Shown here: positions 12,300 through 25,664 of the stretch, piece after piece
Numbering within the stretch: position 1 is the stretch's first letter
How the letters are laid out: the number at the start of each line of letters is the position of its first letter
NCBI GenBank assembly: GCA_010015805.1
Contig: ML978124.1
Coordinates: forward strand, 248,001-312,000
Length of the DNA stretch: 64,000 bases
Direction of reading: 5' to 3'
Origin: Rhizodiscina lignyota
Lineage: Eukaryota
Notes under the pieces: generated by a model
The model's database searches: none
Told to the model about the DNA's origin: nothing
What the model saw: only the letters and a program-made list of their open reading frames with translations
Translations under genes and position numbers: made by a program

Positions 12300-12993
12300 T
12301 GCTCATGACCGTCGGAGCCTCAATTTCCTCGTAAATGACCTAGGTGTTGAAGTACGGACCAATCGAATGTAGCGAGGCTCTTCGAGAGAAGAGTAGCTAA
12401 AAGGTTCTAAAGAATCCAGAGATCCGGCCTCAGTTGCTGCATCCATCGATTCCATCGTCTAGATGACGAGGCTTCAGACCCGTGACAGGACGCTGTCCTT
12501 TGTCGATTATCTTTCACTTGCGAGACACGCTTTGCCACGGAGTGCTAATTCGAGGAACTCATGGAAAATTACTGTTGTGAGAAACCTGGGTTCCGACCTC
12601 CGGCATCCAATTTCATATTCAGAATAGACTGTCGCCAATTCAAATTTCTTTGATGAAAATGAGTTTCAACGCCAGGTCCATTTCAAAAATTCTTTTTTCG
12701 TATTGTCCCACTCGCCATCTCATCAGCTTGAAAGCATTCACAAGTGAAAGAATTACATGTATTGAAAGGACAGTTCTTTATTCCTATGGTTTGCTAAATT
12801 TCCTACGATCGGCAGATTGTCAGATTGTCACCTTTTCATTCTTTCCAGAGCAAACAAAGACGTTTGACAAAGAGGGCAACAGCAGATATTCAGCCTTGCA
12901 AACCCCACGGAATTTAAGCTCTTCAACATCTGATGCTCAGTGGAATGAGAGTGAAAAGCACTTCGCTAGAACTGATATTGTCTATCCATCGCT

Positions 12994-14862
12994 ATGGCAA
13001 ATTTGAGGGTCGCTCGTAATTATTTCTTTAGAGTCGAAAGGGCTCAATTTCGACAAGCCCTACTTGCGGCTCTTCCGGACCTACCAGAAGGTACGTCTGA
13101 TTAAAGAGTATGCTCGTTAGCAACGTCAAAATGTGTCACTAATACAACCTCAGGGGAGATCAAGAGACAGGAAAGGAACTTAGCCCGACATGGACACGGC
13201 GTGCAAAGGCAATGGAGGAATATGCCTGCCGCCCAAAAAAACCACTGGGCTGCCCTCGCAGCGACGAACCAAATGCCTGGGCCTCCAAATCCTGGACTCC
13301 AGCTAGCTGCGCAAGAACTCAATGCAGAGATCTTCGCTGCTCAAAGCTACAACACAGGGAATTACACAGAGGCCCAGCTCATAGTATTGAATCGAACGAT
13401 TGAAACTGTTCGAGGGAGGAAACTGGCCAACCGAGAACTTGCAAACTGGGCGCGGAACGTTTCAACTTGGGATGTATTTTCAACTCCGCACCGACGTCGA
13501 TGGTGGCGACACTGGCGCGCTCTGCAAGCGGCTGGTACAATGCAAGCAACAAATGGTCTGAAGGATATGAAGAACAACTTGGCGGTGCCAGACTTGTCCC
13601 GATGGGAAAGAGAAGCACGGCGTCTGGAAGCCAGGCGAAGAAGGAAGCGAGCAATATACGCCATCCATTTTACATACGGCCATATCAGAACACATATAAG
13701 ACAACAGCGACTAGCAGAGGCGATGGCCACCACTGGCGGTGCCCTCACTGCGGCACAGCAGGCTGCGATACTGGCCGAAAATTGGACTCCATGGCGCGTT
13801 CTAGGAGACGGCGCACAAGGTGCAGCAGTGCACTGGATACAGCTCGGCGTGAACGACAATACTGTTCGAAGATGGGCAGTGAAATGCGGCAAAATACCTC
13901 CAAATCGCGCACACTTGCTTGCTCCAGCTTTGCTGAATAATGTGCCGGAAGAATGCTGGAATAGTCAAAGGGCTGCTAATCACGCAGGCAGACTCGTTCC
14001 GTGGTATAAAAATTCATTACTTCTGCCCGCCCATGGCCCAGGAGCACCTCAGCAATGGTTTATGCCAATGGAGTACATGCCTTATGGAGACCTCCACGAC
14101 CTCATTCATCTCCATTCAGTGCAGGGTACATCGATCCCCGAGCCGTTCATATGGCTATGTCTTCGGCGACTTGCAGGCATAGGCGCACTTACTGGGAATG
14201 TTACCAGCTGGCGCCCACCAATTGGCCAAACGAGTCTCCTTCATCTAGACGTGAAGCCCACAAATATCTTTCTCGGCGACTACCCCCTCCCCAATCCACC
14301 GGACCCTTACCCTGCCTATCCATATCCATTTTTGGCAGACTGGGGTATTGCTGAGGCGCGACCTCTACCGCATACACTCATTCATATCGTTGGAACGCCG
14401 ATATTCGCCGCTCCTGAGCAATTCCCGGCCAATAACCTGAATCGTCCGGTGTCTTCCAGGACTGACGTCTGGGGCATCGGCATGGTCTTGTTTTGTTTAA
14501 TGGAGAACGAGCCATATCCGCCCTGGTTACGCCATCAGACTCAAAACCCGGGCGATCCTACCAATCACGTTTTCTCACCAACGGCCGTCGCAACATACAG
14601 CTCTGTGCTGAGGGACCTGGCGCTTGAGTGTATGAATTTGAATGATACTTTACGTCGAACTCCGCAGTATCTGCAGATGTTCGCTGACGCCCTAATCCAA
14701 GTAGGAAACATGGAAGAAGCAAATTGGACCCTGCTTATGAACCCCGTCACTCTTGGGGCGCCCACAGCAGCTTTATTTGCCGCACGCTCACCGACTTGGG
14801 GACAGATATTCTTCAGTCCAGACGATCACCTGGTTGGACAACCACCACCTGCGGATGCGTAG
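12994..14862 (+). CDS. Ser/Thr protein kinase with long basic N-terminal extension (HMG-box-like)
   Basis: ATG 12994, intron 13091-13153 joins in frame to ORF 13201. Kinase motifs LGDGAQG, WAVK, MEYMPYGDL, HLDVKPTNIFL, DWG, GTPIFAAPEQ, TDVWGIG. Confidence 0.85.
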
Positions 14863-14978
14863 GCGGCGCGTACAGCACATTTTAATGATCGATCCTTCCT
14901 TCACAGGAGACTGTGGTCCGTGAGAAGCAAAAATCATTCCATGAATTATGTACTTTCAGAATCTTGCTTTGAAGGCGT

Positions 14979-16301
14979 TCACCAATCTAAGCTTGCTTCA
15001 GGGTTCTTCACCGCCCCGCAAATGTTTGCGCAGAACATCTCGTCTTCGTCAACTTCGCTGTCCAAAGCTTGATTCCGTCTAGCGGGCCAAATCTGGCCAC
15101 CAACTTTCTTTTCCGCTTGGTCATGTTTCTTCAATTCTTCCTTCACCAGTTGCTTGAAGTGCTTTAATGCCATTTCCTGCTTTGGGTGCAATGGTCCTTG
15201 AACGTATGTATCTGCATGTATGTTAGATTCTGTTTGCAATTTTTGTCCTCTGAAAACATACTGTTGATGAGATTTGGCATCACGCCATTGCACAAGTCCC
15301 TGTCTTCGGTCTCAACCTGTTTGAAGAACTTGTCGGCTTTGTTGAACTCCTCATCCGATATATTGACGTTGCGGAACACTTCATATTCCATGGACAGCTT
15401 TCGCGGGCCCTTTGGGACGGCCCTGAAAGTGTAGAAGTATGGCGTGGCAATATTCATCGCGGAGCATGGGAATGCGAACGTGAAGGCGGCATTACCGAAG
15501 AACGGGAAAGCCTCTTGAGGTAGATTTGGTTTGGCAGGTGCGTAATGCTCAACACGGCCTGTCTCGGGAGTAACGTAATACGCTTCCAGGTCTGTGACTG
15601 CTGCGATGGCGGGGTGGCTTGTGAAGCAATGGTAGCACTAACTGCGCATTAGGGATTTCAAATCAGGTGCGGCACTTTCAAGGAAGTCGTACCTCGTTGT
15701 AATTGTCAGAAATGAGCTTCCAATTGAACTCTCCTGGCATTGACCACGAATGGTCGTACTTGTATTGGGTAAAGTCGAATTCGTCCAATCGGGGCTGGCT
15801 GTCAACGTCCTTGTTCATCTGCTCCCATGGGACTGAAGGAGTCTTTGCAGTGTCGAAATTCACCCAGATGAAGCCGCGCTTGTCGATATGAGTGTGGATC
15901 TTGAACAGAGAGTATTCCGACTTGTCGAATCCTTCGATACCTTCAAAGCGTGGGGCCTTGGCCAGATTTCCACTCAAACCATAGCTCCAACCGTGATAAT
16001 GGCAAGAGATGATCGAAGCCTTGCCCTCTTCCTTTTCAAGGACACGGTACGCACGGTGCCGGCAGACGTTATGAAACGCGTTGATTTCCTCTTGGCGATC
16101 CTTGATGAGAAAGAAGTTGAAGCCGGCGATCTCATATTGTTTGTAAGATCCAATCTCTGGAAACCGGAGTTTATGTGTTACGAGCAGCCAGTGCTTTGAG
16201 AAGATTGCTCGCTTCTCCAATTCGTAGACATCTGGGCTAGAGTACCAAGATGCGGGCATGACGCCCTCCAAGGGCTGCTTCTCGAGAAGAGAAGGAGACA
16301 T
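14979..16301 (-). CDS. Rieske [2Fe-2S] non-heme iron oxygenase (choline monooxygenase-like)
   Basis: NVCRHR...CHYHGWSY Rieske motif. After splicing intron 15638-15692, the iron site DNYNECYHC..SHP appears. Second intron 15212-15261. ED..LC motif, ends LDW. Confidence 0.92.
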
Positions 16302-17262
16302 TCTTACTGTTTTGTGAGTCTTTGATATTAATTTCTCTCACGAATCAATTGAAAGGAGATTGAAATGCGTTCCAGACGGTAGGATAGCTAAGGGAATTAA
16401 AGTAATACCCGCCAAGTGCTTTATCAACGGCCAATACGAGATAGCGTCCATGATGAGACAGCAGGAGGACGTCCTTGAGGTGCCGTTATCAAGGAAACAG
16501 CAAGTTTGTCGAGCTCTGGAGCTCATTAAGCTCCCAGGCCCGATACCAGAATGGGCAATCCAGTCCAGCCGGCTCTTGCGGGGCGACAATCTCCACACTT
16601 TCATTCGTGTGTCAATGAGAGCGTGTGCCAACATCCCGTTCGCGTAGATTTCGTTATCGCTAACCGGCAAGAGAGCAATCTTATATTTACGTACACCTGT
16701 ACATCTCCCACACGTCTGTTGGCCGCATGGCCAGAGGATCACCGATCAACCAACTGGACAGAAGTTAGACGAAAATACTTGAGTATACTTGCTTTTTCTT
16801 CGAGCTGAAACGGTTAAACTGAAAATAGAGTCCCCATCCAAGGTTATTATCCCCTTATTAGCCATCTGGATCGATCAGCTAAGGAGATGCGTGATTCCTC
16901 ATCGCGTTAGACTCGAAGGCGATCATATCCTGTACTCTTCGACAGCAGTCTGAGACCCGACATCATATCTTAAAGATCAGAGTGACAATATGTAGCGTGG
17001 TGAGTATTAAACTATGTACAAATGTTCCGCCTGAGAGTCTTTTGGGCAAGCAACACCTCTTCCCCGCACACTCGAAAGGGGTTAGAGGTATGACGATATC
17101 TGACCTCCAACCATCCGGCCCTCAACATTCCGAGGCAAGTTTTATGATAAAATAGCTGGATGAATCCTGAATGTCATATATAGGAAAATGGAACACTGAG
17201 AATACTTCAATAATCTTTTTATCATCCGCCTTTAGTTGTTCTACTCTAGTAGTGTTTTCGTC

Positions 17263-18911
17263 ATGGCGGACTCCGAGGCTTCTGTAATTCAGTTTGCCGC
17301 TCAATTACTCACTCGCGCTCCCTTGCTTAGTTTCACGTTCCTTTCGTTTTCAATAATTCTAGTGTATCTGCTTGTCAATGAAACAATTCGCTATCGCGTA
17401 CGGAATCCGCATTTCACCGGGCCACCAGGACTTCCAGTAATTGGCAACATACGTGATATCCGCTTCCATGCGCCATCAAAGTTCCAAGAGTGGTCCAAAG
17501 AATACGGAGATGTCTATCAGATCCAACTGGGTAATATCCCAATTTTGGTTGTGAATAGTGCCGCGGCGGCGAAAGAACTCATTGGCGGGAACGCGCACGC
17601 CGTCAGTTCGAGGCCTGTCTTCTACACATTCCACAAGGTAAGATACATCGAACGTGTGCCCTCTTGAAAGAGCCCGTTTCGCTGATTCGATAGCGTTAGA
17701 TTGTGGCAAAGACAGCCGGCGCTACTATCGGAACCTCGCCTCTATCCGATGATCTCAAGCGGCGACGGAGAGCTGCTGCCGCCGCATTGAACAAGCCATC
17801 GGTGAATAGTTATGCTCCGCATCTCGATATCGAAACCCTGACGTTCATCAAAGACTGTCTTCGATATGGTGATGCTGGCAACAGATCCTTTTATCCCATG
17901 TTGCTCATTCAACGTGTCGTGCTCTCCATGGTGTTAACTGTCAACTGGGGCACGCGAATGGTATCCAGCGATAGCGAATTGTTTAAGGAAATCATTGAAG
18001 TCGAGGGAGGAATCGTCAAGACACGTATGACGACTCAAAACTTTCAGGACTACGTGCCCTTGTTGCGCCTGAATCCTTTCTCCGGCGATTCGAAGCAGGC
18101 TGCCAACTGGCGGAGGCGTCGAGACGTATACCTGAACATGCTCGACAACGACCTTCGAGAGCGTATGGAGAAAGGAATTCACACACCATGTATCCAATCT
18201 AATTGCATTCTTGATCCAGAGGCCAAACTGAGCCGGCAGGATTTGACAACCATTTCGATCTCCTTGATCCAAGGAGGGGTGGAAACGGTAGCCGGAACTG
18301 TCTCATGGGGTATCGCACTATTAGCAAACCGTCCAGATATTCAAGCGAAGGCTCTCCAAGAGATCCGACAATTTTACGCCGAATCGTCTGATATCCTCTG
18401 TGATGCGCATGACCAAGAGAAATGTACTTATGTCGCAGCGTTCGTTCGAGAGTGTCTCCGATATTTTACAGTCCTCAGGCTCGCATTGCCTCGCTCAACA
18501 GTGCAAGAAGTCAACTTTCGTGGCAAGCCGATACCAGCAGGGTCGACCATCTTCCTTAATGCGTGGGCATGTAATATGGATCCTGCACTGTGGAGGGACG
18601 CCGACGTGTTCAGGCCCGAACGATGGATTGAGCGACCAGATGCTCCGCTCTTTACTTATGGGCTGGGTTACAGAATGTGCGCAGGCTATCCATTGGCGAA
18701 CAGAGAGCTCTATTTGCTGTTCATGCGGATTATTAGTTGTTTCGAGATTGTTAAGGGGAGCGAGGTGGATGTCGACCCTGTCAGCGGGACTGATTTGCCT
18801 GGAGCACCTGGAAGGAAACCCAGGAAGTACGAGGTCTTTTTCCGGCCCAGAGATAAGATGAGGCTTGAAGAAGTTATTGAAAAGAAGGAGACGGAGTCGG
18901 AGGTATCATGA
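17263..18911 (+). CDS. Cytochrome P450, CYP504-like (phenylacetate/hydroxyphenylacetate hydroxylase type)
   Basis: N-terminal TM, GPPGLPVIGN, SRP.FYTFHK, TIGTSP, ECLRYF (ExxR), PERW, YGLGYRMCAG heme motif. Intron 17638-17699. Confidence 0.88.
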
Positions 18912-19281
18912 TGGCTGATGTCTGTTGCTGCGTGGTGTGACTACTTGTTGCTAGACTGGTAAACGATGAAACAAGATTGCATCAAAGCCCTCATGAACGT
19001 GTGATATGTCGACCTTGTTATTAACGTGATCGTACAAAAGGTCGTTTCCATTCTTGTTCACAATCATTCAGCTGAACTTCGAAGATTCTGGCGATTTCGC
19101 ATGGACTTTCTATTTCGGGTCGTGTGGCTGAGACACAGAGAGGTCGGACGAGCCACGTCGCGAGGCGAAGCAGGCAGCTGCCAGCCTTGTGTCACCAACG
19201 ACATCCATCTTATTTCGAAGATGATGTCTTCAAATATGCAAAGACGGGAGCCGGTACTGGACTCTGTGCGGTACCGCACCC

Positions 19282-21596
19282 ATGCCTCCAGCATCATGTC
19301 CATTATGCCACGGCATATTATCGTCACTATTCAATGCTCACAGTCCGTTGCCGCCTGATAATGAGAAGCTTCCAAAGCACTTTCTCAAGGATATTCGATA
19401 TGGCAAAGACGTGCAGTGTCAGTTATGCGAGATACGTATGGAGCAACTGACGGCCGAGGAGCTGTCTGATATACAAGAGGATGCTCCGATTGGATGGAAA
19501 ATGTCTATGTTGAAGTGGGCATACGAAGAAAACTTCATTTTGGCTTCGTCTTATCCGCGAAAGTCAGGCCCAGCGCCGCTTATTAAGGAGACACGTTTCG
19601 TTTCGAAGACTAGTCTTGCGCTGGGACCGGAGGCTGTTATGGGCTTCAATTCTGGTTAGTAGGCTTCCCAATAATAAGTATATTCAAGCTTGTACTTATC
19701 CTGATAGCGTTCTTTGGCCTGCGAGATGATTCTGAAGCACTTTTTCCGCGGCAAACCACAGGTCAGTCTGGAGAAAGCAATGACCCGCTCGATAGCAGAT
19801 GGCGTATGGCGCGCAAATGGATATTCCATTGCTTGGATACTCATCAGCTCTGCTCTCCCCGTGGAGCACACACCAGCGATTCTACAATCCACCCAGCAAC
19901 ATCAATAGGCTTCAGACTGATCGACATCACGGAAGAGGAGAGTCCACGTCTAGTTGAAGGCCCAGTTGGAAGTTATGCAACTTTGTCTCATTGCTGGGGT
20001 AGCTCAACTCCACTGACGCTAAAGAGCGATGTGTTTGAAGCATATAAAATGGAGGGAATCCCCAAAGAGCAGCTGCCGAAGTTGTTTGTGGAGGCAATGC
20101 ACGCTGCGAAACAGCTCGGCATAAATTACATCTGGATCGACAGCCTCTGCATAATTCAAGATTCGACAAAAGATTGGGAAGAGCAGTCATCGGCCGTGGC
20201 TGGTATTTACGAACACGCATCAGTAAACCTTGCAGCTAGCTACGCCCCAGGCAGCTGTGGCTCTCTGTATGGTGACTGGACTCCCAGCGTTGCTTCTCCG
20301 GGACATCGGACCCTTGATTCGCCTTGGACAAGTTGCCATCGCAGTTTTACTTGTTTCGACAATCAAATGTGGTCCACTAACGTTGCGCAGAGCTCGCTCT
20401 CCAAGTGGGCTTGGGTGGTCCAGGAACTAGCTCTTGCTCCTCGTGTCCTGCACTTTTGCAAGGATCAGATGTTCTGGGAATGTGCAGAGCTACAGGCCTG
20501 CGAAACATGGCCTGAAGGCGTTCCGAGAGCGTACCAGGCTACAAACCGAAAACTCCGACTACGAAAGAACGAAGAGTTGAGGATTATGGACGGTAGACCT
20601 CTAAAGGTTTTATGGCGTGACGGTTTCACAGACCCGGAGGATCTTCACCAGGAGTGGGAGTCGGATGCACAGCTCACCATTGGACGAAGAGGCGCCATGG
20701 GTGCAGACTCAAGGATGAATCCAGATGCGGACTATCCAAACAGAGATTTATGGCCGGCCATAGTGTCGAAATACTCACGAGGGGAGCTTTCTCGGCCAGA
20801 ACGGGACAAACTCGTAGCACTCTCAGGTCTGGCAAAGCGAGTTTTTGACCCGAAAATGTACTGTGCAGGCCTGTGGTCTGATGAATTCCCGACAAATCTT
20901 CTATGGCGAACTGTTGGGCTCGCAAGCAAGCCTCACAGAAAACAAGCACCCACTTGGTCATGGGCCTCTGTCAATGGGCCAGTTTTCTTACCGAGTTATC
21001 AGTCAGACGTGCCAGAAACCCCATCAACCTTGGGAATACTCCAGATAAAGGTTTCCACCATTAGCCATGACCCGACCGGTCAGGTTGACGGCGGTTTTCT
21101 CAAAGTCCGTGGTCTTTTAGCGAAAGTAAAAGTCACGAGGCCATTTATTGTAGTCGGTCTAGTAGACGATGAGAGATATGGGGATGTGTCTGCCTTCAAA
21201 TATGGGCCTTCTGAAGGACACACCTTACGCTTGTTTCCGGACACGCGCATAATCGAACCGGATGCAATGTTGTACGTCCTTTGTGTTGACGCTTCTATAG
21301 GTCATTCAGAGTCTCTGAGAGATGTCAGAGGGTTGCTGTTGGAACGAGAGGGAAGCGGTCATCACTACCGACGTTGTGGATATTTTGAGATCGATAATGA
21401 AGGTGCCGGAGACAAGGGTACGGAAGCGCGTGGGAGAATGCGCGATTTTTTGCAAGTGAAGAGCAAACCCAAGAGCTCTCGTGCAGGATTTCTGAGTCTT
21501 TGCCGGAGTTTTGCTGCAACTCATGACCGCTCAGAGGTCTTATCGTCTCATTTCGGAAGGGATGGATATGTGATGTGCACGGTCGTCCTCGTGTAA
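19282..21596 (+). CDS. HET-domain (heterokaryon incompatibility) protein
   Basis: Exon 1 has CPLC...CQLC. Intron ~19655-19708. RLID, YATLSHCWG, YIWIDSLCIIQD..DW, WVVQE.AL.PR.LHF, DKLVALSGLA, Y.AGLW, APTWSWASV. Confidence 0.9.
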
Positions 21597-22541
21597 TATC
21601 GTATGCGCGACACCATACTCAATCCAAGATGCGATCATAAATCAATTCTTTGTATTCCATCCAGCACCCAGTATGAATCGAACGAGACTGTTATCGAATA
21701 ACGGTCCCGCTGTTCGTTCTCCGTGCTGGGAATTTCAGGAGGTCCGGCGCTCCATCTTTTCAGCCTGGTGACAGCATGATAGAAGAGGAGGAGCAACCAT
21801 TCAAGACAATCTACCAATAAATGGAAGTTGATTCATTCATATGTCCTGAGCGAAACCGTCCATCTCGCTCTGCCATGAGTTATGGAGGGTCGGCTGTATG
21901 TGAGGTTATATGCGGCTACGTACCCGCTCATAAGACAGAAGCGGAAATTGACCGCGAGGGCAGGCCTTCCCCGAGGACAAACCTTCCCCGAGGGCACGCT
22001 CTCCACGAGGGCAAAATCTTCCCCGACAGTCCAAAACACCATTAAAAGGATCCAAATTTCTCACGACGGAAGGCTGGCCGGTCAAGTCCGACTGGATTTA
22101 TTTCCTTTTCCGACAATATGACGCAGTGGGCCCTCCCAACCACACGGAGCACTCCACAGCTTGACGCAACAATGCTTGCAGCGTAAACTCCATACAGGAA
22201 AATCATGCTGGGCCCGGCCACCATCTATTCGCGCGCCACAGGATCCAACACGGTCTAATGGCTTTCGCTCAGGGTTGCCTTGTCGACTTGTATATGTTTT
22301 TGCCGCAAGTTTCCCGGCGGATGGAGTCACTACCATCCAGTGTGGGGAAGGCGAAATCTCCAGCAGAGCTCCTTCCATTCTTTCTTGATTTGAAGGCGAC
22401 CACCTACCTAGAATCTCTTAGCCTTTGTCGATTTAAACTCCTCTTCACTTCTCATTTGTTCCTCGAACCTAAGTCTCTCTACCTTTCAAGCCTCGATCAT
22501 CTCAACAATCACTTCTCACATTGCCAACAAGCAGGACAATA

Positions 22542-23563
22542 ATGTCTCCAATCGCTCTTGATAGCCTTTCAGCAGATACCATCGTCGACGAAAAGCGCGA
22601 CGGTCTTGCTTTTGAGGCACTTTCAGATGACATCCAAGAAGTCAATGTTCTCAAGGCTGCCTTGAAAGGCAAGGACGGCGGCGCCGTTCAAGAGAAGGAC
22701 ATCTATTCACAGTCAGAGTTCGACGCAGAGAAGGACAAGACACAATTCCGCCAGTATGAAGAAGCATGCGACCGTGTCAAGAACTTCTACCGCGAGCAGC
22801 ACGAGAAGCAGACAGTTGCGTACAACCTCAAGGCTCGCAACGACTTCAAGTCTCAAACCCGGGCCGAGATGACCGTGTGGGAAGCCATGGAGAAGCTCAA
22901 TTCCCTCATCGACGAGTCTGACCCGGACACATCCCTGGGCCAAATCGAGCATCTCCTTCAGGCCGCGGAGGCCATTCGCCGTGATGGCAAACCTCGCTGG
23001 ATGCAGCTCACCGGTCTTATTCACGACCTTGGAAAACTTCTCTTCTTCTTTGGTGCCCGAGGACAGTGGGATGTCGTCGGCGACACATTCCCTGTCGGAT
23101 GTGCATTCGATAAGCGCATCATCTACCCGGACACGTTCCAGGGCAACCCCGATCACAACGACTCTATCTACGGTACGGAGTACGGCATTTACACGCCAGG
23201 CTGCGGCCTCGACAACGTCATGCTCAGCTGGGGACACGATGAGTATCTCTACCATATCTGCAAAGACCAGAGCACACTTCCCCAGGAGGCGCTAGCGATG
23301 ATCCGCTACCATTCTTTTTACCCCTGGCACTCCGCGGGTGCCTACAGGTGGATGATGGATGCGCACGATGAGAGAATGTTGGAAGCGGTAAAGGCTTTCA
23401 ATCCGTACGACTTGTACAGCAAGAGTGATGATCTCCCAAAGGCTGAGGAGTTAAAGGTTCGTTGATCCACTTCCAAAGCATCTCATTCGTAGCTAACAAT
23501 TTATAGGAGTACTACATGGAACTTATTGATGAGTACTTCCCCAACAAAGTCATCAAGTGGTAG
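22542..23563 (+). CDS. MIOX: Myo-inositol oxygenase
   Basis: FY.EQH.KQT, DESDPD, EHLLQ.AEAIR, HDLGK, QWDVVGDTFPVGC, SWGHDEY, IRYHSFYPWH, FNPYDLYSK. Intron 23457-23507, last exon EYYMELIDEYFPNKVIKW*. Confidence 0.96.
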
Positions 23564-24507
23564 ACGTTGAGCAGCAATAGTGTAGCGGGTTACGGGTTCA
23601 TTTGCATTCGAGAAGGACATTCACGAGACACGATTGTTTTACAAGCCCCACTTCTGTAAAAAAATAATTCTTTTAAATCTTTGCCGAGCTGGATGGTGGA
23701 GCATGAGCCTTTTGAGGTTCTGCTTCTAGCCGAAAGAGGAAATGATGATGAGCGTCAATCATATGACCAAGATACATTTAAATATCACACAAACAATTGA
23801 GTCGTTCAAGAACGTTTAGGAATTCATTTTCTCATAAAAATCGCTTCTACTTCAATTCCAATGCTCGCCTGCATGAACCCGTTCGCCGCCAGACAATGAA
23901 ACAGACACCTTCGTGGCATTGGCACCAGAATTTCAAATAGCCGTTGTTTGACTCTGCACTTGTGTTTCGTTTTTCTCCGCGGATTTTTCTCCGATTCGAT
24001 TGACCTTCTGAGTATTTTTAGAGATGGTTGTGGCATTGGACCTTTGGCGATCGCGCTCCGCAGCACATGGCAGCAAATCCGCTCAATGCTTCCTTGTTCG
24101 TCGAAATAGGAAATTTCCTTCTTCGTGCGAACGATTGGACGCACTCTACGGAGTAGATCTGATTGGGTTGGCTCCCGCCCTTTTAAGTGGATCATTCAAA
24201 AAAACAGGTGCTCCGGAAACGCACATGGTAACTAAGCATTGGCAAAAATTATCAATTGAACATTCTCCACAACCTCAACACCAACTATATAGAGTTATAG
24301 AAACCGAGCTTGAGGCGAACGTAGTAGTCTCTCCCGCATTCGAAATTTTCCTTTTGAAGGCACTTATCGCCCAGCTTTGCTGAGGAGGAGGAGGCTTAGA
24401 TCAAACCCACATTCCCTTCGCCGTGTATCCAAAATTAACATTCCTTCCCAATTCCGAAGAGGAAATTCTACACTCTCCACCACCTCTCCATCTCCGAATC
24501 TCTCACA

Positions 24508-25664
24508 ATGGCAATTCGCAAGCTCAACACTGCCGTTTCAGGCCTGGGCCGCATGGGCGCGCGTCATGCGACGAACCTCCTCCACCGCACGCCACGATGC
24601 GAGCTCGTAGCAGCATTTTCGCCAGATGAAAAGGAAATTGCGTGGGCTCGAACAAACCTCGAGCCATCAGGCGTGACGCTCTACACGGATTACGATGAAA
24701 TGCTAAAACATCCCGGCCTTGAGGCTGTTGTGATTGCGACGGTGACGAGTGCGCATGCAGAGCACACTATCAAGGCCATTGAGGCCGATAAGCACGTGCT
24801 GTGTGAGAAGCCATTAAGTACGACTGTTGAAAAGGTAAGACCCTATCTTTTGAGGTGGATCAAGACCCGTAACCTTCCTCTGCACGACAGACTTCATAAT
24901 TTCATCCGCTGATCACATGACAGTCACAATCCGTCGTTGACGCTGCAAAACGCAAGCCGCACTTGAAGGTACTATGTGGCTTCTCCCGCAGATTCGATGC
25001 CTCATACCGCGATGCGTGGGACCGCATGGACAACGGAGCAATCGGCCGCCCCAGTATCTTGCGCAGCCAAACATGCGATAAGCTCGACCCATCTGGCTTC
25101 TTTGTCGAATATGCAAAGTTCAGCGGAGGCATTTTCGTAGACTGCAACATCCACGACATCGATCTGGCGCTTTGGTTCTTCGGCCAAGACAGCGTGGTGA
25201 AGAGCGTGACAGCCGTGGGCATCACGGCAGTTCAGCCGGAGCTACGACGCCACAAGGACGTTGACAACGGTATCGGAATAGTGGAGTTCTGGGGAGGGAA
25301 GATTGCATATTTCTACTCGAGCAGGATGATGGCGGCTGGCCAGCACGACATGACTGAGATTATCGGAACGGAAGGGAAGCTGACCGTCAACGGAAACCCG
25401 ATGAACAACCTTGTGGAGATCAGTGAGCCGACTGGTGTCCGAAGAGAGATCCCAGCGCACTACTATGGGAGGTTCGAGTACGCATTCGTCACGGAATCGA
25501 ACGAATTCGTTGAGGCTTGTTTGGAGAATAAGAAATTACCTTTCAAGCTATCGGGCGCCGTCCAGGCAGTTAAAATCGGCTGCGCGCTACAAGAGAGCTT
25601 GAACAGCGGAAAGAAGATCCAGTTCGACGAGACCGGCAGGAGGATTGAAGAGGCGAGGCTGTGA
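24508..25664 (+). CDS. Gfo/Idh/MocA NAD-dependent oxidoreductase (inositol dehydrogenase-like)
   Basis: GLGRMG Rossmann motif, HVLCEKP, GFSRRFD, GGIFVDCNIHDID. Intron 24835-24923. C-terminus ARL. Confidence 0.92.
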
